Positions 17,697-25,120 of a stretch of DNA of 32,000 bases are shown here, in pieces. This stretch comes from Desulfotalea psychrophila LSv54 (GTDB lineage Bacteria > Desulfobacterota > Desulfobulbia > Desulfobulbales > Desulfocapsaceae): contig NC_006138.1 in assembly GCF_000025945.1 (NCBI RefSeq), forward strand, positions 2,790,001 through 2,822,000. The letters are read 5' to 3'. Numbering within the stretch: the first letter of the stretch is position 1; every line of letters starts with the position of its first letter. The notes under the pieces were generated by a model. The model worked only from the letters and a program-made list of their open reading frames with translations. It was not told the DNA's origin and did no database searches. The position numbers and the translations under genes are program-made.

Positions 17697-18373
17697 TGCT
17701 CAACACCCAAGCCAATAGTTGCGGAAATAACGCTTGCCACAATCACATATAATTGTTCAAGCCCCAAGAGATACAATGTTGTTGCCACAATACCGGCAAT
17801 TATAGCCGTAAGCAGGCGAATAAAATCAAGACACTGCCCCACAAGTAGACCTATAAACATGGCTGAAAGGGCATAATCAAGGCCCAGCGGTCTGATATCG
17901 TCAATCAAGCCGGCAGCAAGAATACCAAGAACACCCCCAAAGACCCAAGCAGACTGAGCCGTCACATTCAAAGAAAGGGCCTCAAGGGTACAAGTCTCAA
18001 GGGAGGCGGCCTTAGTTGAGTGCAGGGCAAAGGTCTCATCGGTCAGTTCAAAGGCAAAAAATGCCTGAGTGGACCTCTTCCAGCGGGAGAGAAAGGGGGC
18101 AAGGGAGGCGGCCATCAAGAGATGACGCAGATTAACTATAAAGGTTGTTAAAATAATGGCCGCAGGGCCAGCGCCCGCGGCAAAAAGGCCTACTGCAATA
18201 AACTGGGCTGAACCTGCAAAGAGAAGCAGGGACATGGCAAAGGTGTTCATCTCTGAAATACCACTCTTACCCGCCAGGACGCCGTAGGCAAAACCAATGG
18301 GGACATAACCAAGCACAACGGGCATGGCCCGTTGTGCTCCTGTTATGATCGCTTTATACTTCGCAGATCTCAC
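17672..18373 (-). CDS. azlC: Branched-chain amino acid exporter large subunit (AzlC family)
   Basis: 233-aa polytopic membrane ORF with AzlC-type motifs PVVLGYVPIGFAYGVLA and LLFAGSAQFIAVGL. Confidence 0.8.
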   Translation of the reverse strand: MRSAKYKAIITGAQRAMPVVLGYVPIGFAYGVLAGKSGISEMNTFAMSLLLFAGSAQFIAVGLFAAGAGPAAIILTTFIVNLRHLLMAASLAPFLSRWKRSTQAFFAFELTDETFALHSTKAASLETCTLEALSLNVTAQSAWVFGGVLGILAAGLIDDIRPLGLDYALSAMFIGLLVGQCLDFIRLLTAIIAGIVATTLYLLGLEQLYVIVASVISATIGLGVEQWIKQKSS

Positions 18374-18388
18374 AAATAAACCTTATGA

Positions 18389-19459
18389 CTACATGCGTTT
18401 GAAAAGTTCAAGGGTTCTCTCTCGGGTCATGATGTTTTTCCAATCAGATCCAAGGCAGTTCTCCCAGAGAGGCACAAGATTAAGGGCGGTGGTAACCATC
18501 AGGTCAAGGGAGGCATCGTCCATTCCCTTGGTGAGATTACGGGGCAGGGAAATCTCGTGTTTATCCATCATCTGCCTGAACTCTTTCACCCCTGCAGGGT
18601 AAATTTCATCGAGATAATCAAAGGTAATACAACAGCCGATACCATGATGGGTGCCCAACACATAGGAGAGTCCATAGGAGAGGGCATGGCAGGCGCCAAC
18701 CTGACTATAGGCAATACTCATACCACCAAAATAGGAAGCCATCATCAGCTTATCACCCTGTGCTGAATCATTCTCGCCGAGGAAGACTTCACGACAGAGA
18801 TCAATGGATTTTTCCCCATAGGACTTACTGAACTGATTAATGAAGGTTCCATTAAGAGATTCCACATCATGAATATAACAGTCCATACCGGTATAAAACC
18901 ACTGCTCCTTAGGCACTCCGGCAAGAAGATCCGGATCAAGCATGATCTGATCAAAGAGGGTGTAGTCAGAGTTGATACCGAGCTTTTTATCCGGTCCTGT
19001 CAGGATAGCAGTTCGGGAAATTTCCGCACCGGTTCCGGCGATGGTTGGTACGGCAACGTGATAAACAGCACGGTTCTGAATAATATCCCAACCCTGATAA
19101 TCCGCAGAGGAGCCAGGATTATTAAGCATAAGAGATACTGCCTTGGCAATATCCAGGGTAGAACCACCACCAAGACCAATGATACCATCCGGGGTAACAT
19201 CGCTATAGGCTCTGATCTGGGCAACAAGGGCATCGATATAGGTGGTCTTCGGCTCATCGGCAACGTTCACCCGCAAGAGAAGGTCTTTTCCTTCCATGGG
19301 CAAACGGCCTTCAAGTGGTTTGTCGGTGAAAACATCATCGATGACAAAAACCATATAACCGCCATCGGTCACACGCTTCTCCTTAAGCACATCACCAAGT
19401 TGATTCAAAGAACCACGGCCAAATATAATCCTGGGAACAATTGCAAAATTTCTATACAT
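18389..19459 (-). CDS. Iron-containing (group III) alcohol dehydrogenase family oxidoreductase
   Basis: 356-aa ORF containing GLGGGSTLDIAKA, AVPTIAGTGAEISR and His-rich metal-site segments (HDVESL, ACHALSYGL..GTHHG). GAGG lies upstream of the ATG. Confidence 0.8.
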   Translation of the reverse strand: MYRNFAIVPRIIFGRGSLNQLGDVLKEKRVTDGGYMVFVIDDVFTDKPLEGRLPMEGKDLLLRVNVADEPKTTYIDALVAQIRAYSDVTPDGIIGLGGGSTLDIAKAVSLMLNNPGSSADYQGWDIIQNRAVYHVAVPTIAGTGAEISRTAILTGPDKKLGINSDYTLFDQIMLDPDLLAGVPKEQWFYTGMDCYIHDVESLNGTFINQFSKSYGEKSIDLCREVFLGENDSAQGDKLMMASYFGGMSIAYSQVGACHALSYGLSYVLGTHHGIGCCITFDYLDEIYPAGVKEFRQMMDKHEISLPRNLTKGMDDASLDLMVTTALNLVPLWENCLGSDWKNIMTRERTLELFKRM

Positions 19460-19491
19460 TTATAACCTCATTATTAATGGATCACGATACA

Positions 19492-19508
19492 ATGCTACAT
19501 TGTAGCAT
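19492..19508. promoter_or_regulatory. Perfect 17-bp palindrome upstream of the alcohol dehydrogenase gene, candidate operator
   Basis: ATGCTACA-T-TGTAGCAT read directly, centred 41 nt upstream of the ATG at 19459. Confidence 0.3.
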
Positions 19509-19635
19509 CAACGGATAATTTTTTACTGCGCCTAGACAAACTCTGTGAGAAGTCAGCTAGTTTGCAAGTATATTTTTGCACTCAAAAACAAATCTTCGCC
19601 TATACTCTATAACCATATATACAGAAAAAGCTAAA

Positions 19636-20475
19636 TTATTTAAGAGAAAAATCAACCAACATGGGATTATGATCAGAACTTTTTGCAGGGAGGACCTTAG
19701 AGGCAAGAACAGTCAGGCCACGACTGTAGACATGGTCTAAATTACGGCCAAAAACCGAAATGCGCTTATCATCGCTGAATATTACCGGTGCAAGGTCAAG
19801 GTCTGCGGCAAAGGCATCGACCACCTCCTGTCTCCTCTCGGACCAGGTATTAAAATCTCCAGCAACAACAATGGGGCCACTGTGATGAACAAGTACCTGA
19901 TAAATTTTTTCCAACTGACGAGAGTAGCCCTCCACCCCCAGACTGAAATTCACCAGATGGAGATTAACAAAGAGCAGATCTTGCTCCCCGTTCAACGAAT
20001 AACGACTCAGCAACGCTGTCTTAGGCAAACCGATAATGGATTCTTCCTCACGGAGCAGGCAACTCTCCTGCGGAGAGGCCTGAGAGGCAGTGACAACCCC
20101 TGAATCTGCCCCCTCATAGGAAAAGGCCTGGGCCTGCTGCCATGCCATATCCCTCTCTGTTAAACTTCCAGCCAGTTCACTGGTCAAGGCCCCCTCCTGC
20201 AGGGCGACGAGGTCGGCATCACCGGCAAAGGTAGCTAGCTCTTTTTCCCAACCCGGCTTCTGTTCTTTATATATATTCCAGACAAGCAGACGGAAGGAGT
20301 CTCCAGACAGATCACCAACATTTTTCTCTGAGCTGCGGGCTGAAAAACTCCCTGCAACACAGGACTGAACCTCTGGGTGAACTATTGTCTGGGGCAGGGC
20401 AATGGCACCGGTATAGACGGCAAGCAAAAGACAAAAAGAGAGCACTATTGAGCCGCTAAGACATATTTTTTTCAA
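19636..20475 (-). CDS. Secreted endonuclease/exonuclease/phosphatase (EEP) family protein
   Basis: 279-aa ORF with signal peptide MKKICLSGSIVLSFCLLLAVYTGAIA. EEP motifs include LLVWNIYK, VALQE, GDFN and the C-terminal SDHNPMLVDF. Confidence 0.75.
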   Translation of the reverse strand: MKKICLSGSIVLSFCLLLAVYTGAIALPQTIVHPEVQSCVAGSFSARSSEKNVGDLSGDSFRLLVWNIYKEQKPGWEKELATFAGDADLVALQEGALTSELAGSLTERDMAWQQAQAFSYEGADSGVVTASQASPQESCLLREEESIIGLPKTALLSRYSLNGEQDLLFVNLHLVNFSLGVEGYSRQLEKIYQVLVHHSGPIVVAGDFNTWSERRQEVVDAFAADLDLAPVIFSDDKRISVFGRNLDHVYSRGLTVLASKVLPAKSSDHNPMLVDFSLK

Positions 20476-20830
20476 GAAAACTCCTCCTGGTAGAGGGCAG
20501 ACAAAAACGGCCCCTTTTTTCCCAACTCACAATCGTTCCCTACTACGCATTAAAACCGCAGCTCTCTCACCACGAAAAGCGCACAAACACAACGAGGTAA
20601 AACAATAAGCACGATATCGTCATAAATAAATTAAAAAACTTCCTTAATATTTAACCATGACTAAGGTATTCACACTATGAGAAGCCACCATGGGGACGTT
20701 TCAGAGATAGCCTCCGATATGAACAGTGCCAGAATCATATGCCTCGCAATCGGGGCTGCTCCTTATAAGAATTACCGTTTCAAACCAACCCACAGCAAGA
20801 TTAGCAAAAGTCTCAACCAGGATAAGCCCA

Positions 20831-21487
20831 ATGAATATACTCTTTGACCTCGACGGAACCCTTACCGATTCCAGTGACGGAATTACCCGCTGCATCCAAC
20901 ACGCCCTCACAGAACTTGGCCATCCTGCCCCTCCCAAGGAGGAGCTGTTTGCCTGTATTGGCCCACCACTCATCCACAGTTTTCTCAATCGACTGGGAGT
21001 AAAGGAGGAGAAGGATGCCCTACGCGCCGTAGCGATCTACCGGGAACGCTATACAAGAATCGGTTGCTTTGAAAACAGACTCTATCCAAATATTGAAGAG
21101 ATCCTTGAAGAGCTCAAATCTGCGGGGCACCAACTCTTTGTGGCAACGGCTAAGCCGCAACCACAGGTAGCCCCGATCCTTGACCATTTCCAGATTATCT
21201 CTTTTTTTAGCGGAATCTACGGCGCTCACCCCGATGGCAGACATACAGACAAGACAGAGCTCATCGCCTCCATAATAGAGAGAGAGCAGATCGACCCAAA
21301 AAATACGGTGATGATCGGAGACAGGGAGTACGATATGCTTGGGGCAAGAAATAATAGGGTGGGAGCAATTGGAGCCAACTACGGCTACGGCTCCGCCCAA
21401 GAGCTGAAGAAATCCGGGGCCCAATACCTGGTGGAGAATGCCGGCGACATCCCCGCCTGCATCGCCGGATTGAACCTGCCCCTCTGA
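20831..21487 (+). CDS. HAD-superfamily phosphatase (phosphoglycolate phosphatase-like)
   Basis: The start is set at MNILFDLDGTLTDS, the HAD motif I that normally lies at the extreme N-terminus, with AGGA upstream. Also present: VATAKP (motif II region) and MIGDREYDMLGA (motif IV). The ORF-track start at 20726 adds 35 unlikely codons. Confidence 0.8.
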   Translation: MNILFDLDGTLTDSSDGITRCIQHALTELGHPAPPKEELFACIGPPLIHSFLNRLGVKEEKDALRAVAIYRERYTRIGCFENRLYPNIEEILEELKSAGHQLFVATAKPQPQVAPILDHFQIISFFSGIYGAHPDGRHTDKTELIASIIEREQIDPKNTVMIGDREYDMLGARNNRVGAIGANYGYGSAQELKKSGAQYLVENAGDIPACIAGLNLPL

Positions 21488-21501
21488 TAATTTTCAAGCC
21501 T

Positions 21502-21521
21502 CCTCCACCTAAGGGTGGAGG
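21502..21521 (+). terminator. Stem-loop after the HAD gene (8-bp GC-rich stem, tetraloop)
   Basis: CCTCCACC-taag-GGTGGAGG lies 15 nt after the stop. A second hairpin, CCGGGGCG-gatt-CGCCCCGG, occupies 21537-21556. There is no U-tract. Confidence 0.45.
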
Positions 21522-21645
21522 CGAGCCCGGAAATGGCCGGGGCGGATTCGCCCCGGGGATCTCCAAGCCACACCCAACCTATCATCCCCAGACCCGCCAA
21601 GACGCCTAATACGAAAAACAGCTAAACCACTAAATCTACACCTTT

Positions 21646-21674
21646 TTCATGGACAGAAGAAACCTTCCTGTGAT
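21646..21674 (+). promoter_or_regulatory. Candidate sigma70-type promoter of autotransporter gene 1
   Basis: TTCATG-17 nt-TGTGAT. The same block (TRTGATACCAT after a T-run) is conserved upstream of all three paralogues, about 90-100 nt before each ATG. Confidence 0.3.
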
Positions 21675-21760
21675 ACCATCTTTACGACAGGCAGCTCCAT
21701 CTATTTCCATCAAGACCGGGTGCTCTTTCGCCTGCCTCAAACCAGCGATAAGGAGAAAGT

Positions 21761-24700
21761 ATGAAGGATGTAGAGAGACGAGGACGGAGAAAGGTCTATG
21801 CCACCAAGAGTGCCCTGGCGGGCCTGCTGGCCCTGAGCATGGGAGCAACCAACGCCTGGGCAGGAGTTACCATCGGAGAGGGAGGAGCGGGGAGATGGGA
21901 TGAGCCATTTTATTATGCCCTCGCCACCGCCCCGGCGACAACGAGAACTGCCATCACTCATGGCAAGCCAGGAGCCCCTAATATAAAAAAGATGGCTGGT
22001 TCCGAGCCATTTCTCACCGGGATAAGAGTTGAGAGTGGTAGCCTCGACAATGAGGGAGAGATCAGGCTCTACTTCAGGAATGAAAAGGGATCTATCAGCC
22101 TCATTGGCATTATAGGCGACACCAGCCGGAACGGGGCAGACGTTGAGCTGGGGGCCGAGGGCGGCACGGCCACCTCCGCCACCGTCAAAGCCAAATCCTT
22201 CGCCTACACCTACGCCTGCGGCATACAGGGTGAGGTGGGGGACAATGAGGGCAAGATAAACATCACCGCTCAGAGCGGCACCGCCGAAGCCAACGCCGCC
22301 AAAGCCAAAACCTCCGCCTACGCCCACGCCCACGCCCACGCCTACGGAATAAGGGGTAGGGTAGGAGACAATATTGGTCACATAGAGCTCAAAGCCCTAG
22401 GCGGCAAGGCCACCGCCAAGACTACCGGCACCGCCTACGCCAATGCCTCCGCCTACGCCTACGGCATAGTGAGTAATGTGACAAACAATAGTGGGGAGAT
22501 GGAGCTCAGGGCTCAGGGCGGCACCACCAACGCCACCGCCCTCGCCAAAGCCTCCGCCTACGCCCACGCCCGTGCCCACGGAATAATGCATGGGGTGGGA
22601 AGCAATGAGGGCAAAATGACCATCACCGCTCAAGGCGGTGAGGCCGAAGCTACCGCCGCCGAAACCAACGGTCGTGTCGGCGCCACCGCCGGCGCCATCG
22701 GCATATCAGGTACGGTGGGAAACAATGAGGGCAAGATGACCATCAGAGCTACGGGCGGCAAGACCAACGGTCACGGCTACAGCTCCTCCTACGCCTACGC
22801 CGCCGGCATAAATGGTAAGGTAGGAGACAATATTGGTCATATGGAAATCAGGGCTGAGGGCGGCACGGCCACCGCCAAAGCTACCGGCACCGCCGACGCC
22901 CTGGCCTACGCCCTATCCTCCGCCCACGGCATAAAGGGTAATGTGGCAAACAATAATGGGGAAATGGAGATCAGGGCTGAGGGCGGCAAGGCCACCGCCA
23001 AGACTACCGCCAACGCGACCACCCTCGCCCTCGCCAACACCAACGCCACAGCCTACGGCATAGAGGGTCAGGTGGGAAGCAATAAGGGCAAGATGACCAT
23101 CATTGCTCAGAGCGGTAAGGCCGAAGCCACCGCCGCCAAAGCCGAAGCCTATGCCTACGCCCACGCCTGCGGCATAAAGGGTGGGGTGGGAAGCAGTAGT
23201 GGTAATATTACTGTTAGGGCAACGGGTGGTAGCGCCATTGCTACCTCCACTGCGACTGCCATTGCTAATGCCAAAGCCTATGGTATGCAGAGTTCGGTTG
23301 CAGATTTAGTAAATACGGGGGCCATAGAGGTGGTGGCACGGGCGGGACGATATTCCACCGACGGTGGAACAACCTATCACAGTGATTCCGCTACCGCCTA
23401 TGGGGTCTATTTTAATGGATTGGAGGAAAGCTCTCTTGATTCCCGTGCTCTTATTTCAGTGAGCGCCCTGCCGGCACAGGATGAGGCGGGTAAGGCAATA
23501 GCCTTAGGCACTGACAAGACTCTCCAGGCCCATCAGGTCTATAGCGGGGGAGACCTAACCATAAAGGGCTATGCCATGAAGTTTAATAACCAGGAGCAGG
23601 TTACTGCTGATTATAAAGGGACTATTGGCGTTGCCGATGGCAAAAGAGTCACCTTTGCCCCCGATGCACAAGTCTATGCCTTCATCGATAATGATTTTGG
23701 CACGGTGCCCAATTACAGCATACCTATGTTGGTTGAGGGGGAAACGCGTAACTACAATCAATTCTCCGTGGCCCAGCTTGTCGTCAGTAGCCCGGACTAT
23801 AGTATATCTTTGCTTGACGGCAATGGCGGAACACTTCAGCAACTGGCCATCGCCTACGTCCCCAAAGTTTCCACCCCCCTGGTCACGGCCCAGGTCAACC
23901 AAAAGATGCTGACCAGTGGCACCACCATTGTAGAAAAGAGCTCTTTATCGCCTATGCTTGCCATGATGGAGAGGAGTAATCCTCGCGCTTCGGCCTACGA
24001 CGGTGTTCTTCTGGCCAGCACATCACCTATCCTGACTGTCCCTGATATGGAGATTTTACCCCAAAAAAGGGGCTGGGCCTTTGCCATGCCCTATTATAGT
24101 AATGTGAGTAATAACGCCTCGCCCATGGGCTATGATGCCGATATTTATGGAGCCACAGCTGGATATAACCACTGGATAGATTCTGATCTCATCCTCGGTT
24201 TTCATGCTGGTTATGGTTCCGGTGATATTAATTATACGGGCAAGGGCTATGAGCAGAAGAAGGAGAATCTTAAGGCTGGATCCCTCGGGGTGCAAAGCCT
24301 GTATCGTTTTGCTGATGACTGGTTGTTACAGAGCATAGCCTCCTTTTATTATAGCAGTAACGATTATAGCGATAATAACCCGCTCAACCGGGAGCAGGGC
24401 GACTACCATGGCTACGGGGTGAATGCCAAGCTTGACCTTGACTATGTCTTCAGTTTTATCAATAACCGCCTGATACCCAGTGTGGGGCTGCGCTATCTCT
24501 GGCAGCACGTCGATAGCTATACCGCTTATAATCTGGACAACGCCGATGTGAACTACGGTGATATGGATGAGAATCAGCTCTATGCCAGCCTGGGCCTTGA
24601 TTGGTACGGTGATTACCAGACGGAATCAAATTGGCAGATAGTGCCCAGTCTCGGCCTGGGCATCGAGCAGGCCCTCACCGATAACGAATTTGGCAACAGC

Positions 24701-24880
24701 ATGGGAGTGGGAAGTGTCATCATTCCGGTGACAAACTCAATGGATAAGACCTCTGTCTCCGCCCGGGCCTCCATTGAGTTTGTTAAGGATTCCTATGCGC
24801 TGAGCGCTGGATATGCTGGAGCCTATTCGAGTGACACCAAGAACAGCTCCTTCTATCTGCAGATGAAGTATTTCTTTTAA
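21761..24880 (+). CDS. Type Va autotransporter paralogue 1 (1039 aa): signal peptide, repeat passenger of about 12 units, conserved linker, C-terminal beta-barrel
   Basis: AAGGAGAA Shine-Dalgarno motif 6 nt before the ATG. Signal peptide MKDVERRGRRKVYATKSALAGLLALSMGATNAWA. Tandem units of the type GI.G.VG.N.G.M.I.A.GG.A.A....AYA.A.AY. The last 270 or so aa alternate hydrophobic and polar residues, are rich in Y/G/S/N/D, and end in FYLQMKYFF, an outer-membrane beta-signal with terminal Phe. Confidence 0.85.
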   Translation: MKDVERRGRRKVYATKSALAGLLALSMGATNAWAGVTIGEGGAGRWDEPFYYALATAPATTRTAITHGKPGAPNIKKMAGSEPFLTGIRVESGSLDNEGEIRLYFRNEKGSISLIGIIGDTSRNGADVELGAEGGTATSATVKAKSFAYTYACGIQGEVGDNEGKINITAQSGTAEANAAKAKTSAYAHAHAHAYGIRGRVGDNIGHIELKALGGKATAKTTGTAYANASAYAYGIVSNVTNNSGEMELRAQGGTTNATALAKASAYAHARAHGIMHGVGSNEGKMTITAQGGEAEATAAETNGRVGATAGAIGISGTVGNNEGKMTIRATGGKTNGHGYSSSYAYAAGINGKVGDNIGHMEIRAEGGTATAKATGTADALAYALSSAHGIKGNVANNNGEMEIRAEGGKATAKTTANATTLALANTNATAYGIEGQVGSNKGKMTIIAQSGKAEATAAKAEAYAYAHACGIKGGVGSSSGNITVRATGGSAIATSTATAIANAKAYGMQSSVADLVNTGAIEVVARAGRYSTDGGTTYHSDSATAYGVYFNGLEESSLDSRALISVSALPAQDEAGKAIALGTDKTLQAHQVYSGGDLTIKGYAMKFNNQEQVTADYKGTIGVADGKRVTFAPDAQVYAFIDNDFGTVPNYSIPMLVEGETRNYNQFSVAQLVVSSPDYSISLLDGNGGTLQQLAIAYVPKVSTPLVTAQVNQKMLTSGTTIVEKSSLSPMLAMMERSNPRASAYDGVLLASTSPILTVPDMEILPQKRGWAFAMPYYSNVSNNASPMGYDADIYGATAGYNHWIDSDLILGFHAGYGSGDINYTGKGYEQKKENLKAGSLGVQSLYRFADDWLLQSIASFYYSSNDYSDNNPLNREQGDYHGYGVNAKLDLDYVFSFINNRLIPSVGLRYLWQHVDSYTAYNLDNADVNYGDMDENQLYASLGLDWYGDYQTESNWQIVPSLGLGIEQALTDNEFGNSMGVGSVIIPVTNSMDKTSVSARASIEFVKDSYALSAGYAGAYSSDTKNSSFYLQMKYFF
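22019..23400 (+). repeat. In-frame tandem coding repeats (period about 105-130 nt) in the passenger of paralogue 1
   Basis: Successive units read from the translation include GIQGEVGDNEGKINITAQSGTAEANAAKAKTSAYAHAHAHAY and GIRGRVGDNIGHIELKALGGKATAKTTGTAYANASAYAY. They continue with GIVSNVTNNSGEMELRAQGGTTNATALAKASAYAHARAH and further units. Confidence 0.85.
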
Positions 24881-24883
24881 AAA

Positions 24884-24911
24884 ATGCCCGGGAAAGATTC
24901 TCCCCGGGCAT
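24884..24911 (+). terminator. Stem-loop directly after autotransporter gene 1
   Basis: ATGCCCGGG (24884-24892) pairs with CCCGGGCAT (24903-24911), starting 4 nt after the stop. A weaker equivalent (CCGGGG/CCCCGG) follows gene 2 at about 27294-27316. Confidence 0.45.
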
Positions 24912-24998
24912 CTCCAAGCCACACCCAACCTGTCATCCCCAGACCCGCCAAGACTCCTGATGCGAGAAACAGCTAAGCCATTAGATCTCCACATTTTT

Positions 24999-25026
24999 TT
25001 GTAGACAACAGAAACCTTCCTATGAT
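24999..25026 (+). promoter_or_regulatory. Candidate sigma70-type promoter of autotransporter gene 2
   Basis: TTGTAG-16 nt-TATGAT, at the position equivalent to the blocks upstream of genes 1 and 3. Confidence 0.3.
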
Positions 25027-25120
25027 ACCATCTTTACGACAGGCAGCGCCATCGCTCCATCTATTTCCATCAAGACCGGCTGCTCTTTCGCCTGCCCCCA
25101 AGCCACCGACGAGGAGAACT

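Noticed and set aside
17437-17876. Short plus-strand and alternative-frame ORFs inside azlC/azlD (17437-17646, 17503-17742, 17688-17876).
   Set aside because: They overlap the hydrophobic AzlC/AzlD frames, which have family motifs. None has independent support.
18869-19465. 198-aa plus-strand ORF.
   Set aside because: It is entirely antisense to the iron-type alcohol dehydrogenase gene, which has clear family motifs. It has no motifs of its own.
20726-20830. 35-codon N-terminal extension of the HAD phosphatase ORF, and the antisense ORF at 20701-20988.
   Set aside because: HAD motif I (DxDGT) normally lies within the first 10-15 residues. MNILFDLDGT at 20831 has an AGGA upstream, and the extension has no signal-peptide or domain character.
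21261-21600. Pro/Gly/Arg-rich minus-strand ORFs (21261-21566 and 21385-21600) across the HAD 3' end and the first autotransporter leader.
   Set aside because: They are antisense to the HAD gene and to GC-rich hairpin sequence. They are compositional artefacts.
22019-23400. Regularly spaced repeats with a period of about 110-130 nt that could be mistaken for a CRISPR array or non-coding satellite. The same applies to 27788-30360.
   Set aside because: The units are degenerate rather than identical. No unique spacers alternate with fixed repeats. All units stay in a single long reading frame with a conserved amino-acid motif.
25022-25120. In-frame upstream Met extensions of autotransporter genes 2 and 3 (ORF-track starts at 25022 and 27290).
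   Set aside because: All three paralogues align from MKD[VA]E.., which is preceded by AAGGAGAA/GAGGAGAA. Gene 1 cannot be extended. The extensions translate the conserved non-coding leader into Pro/Ser/Cys-rich sequence upstream of the signal peptide.
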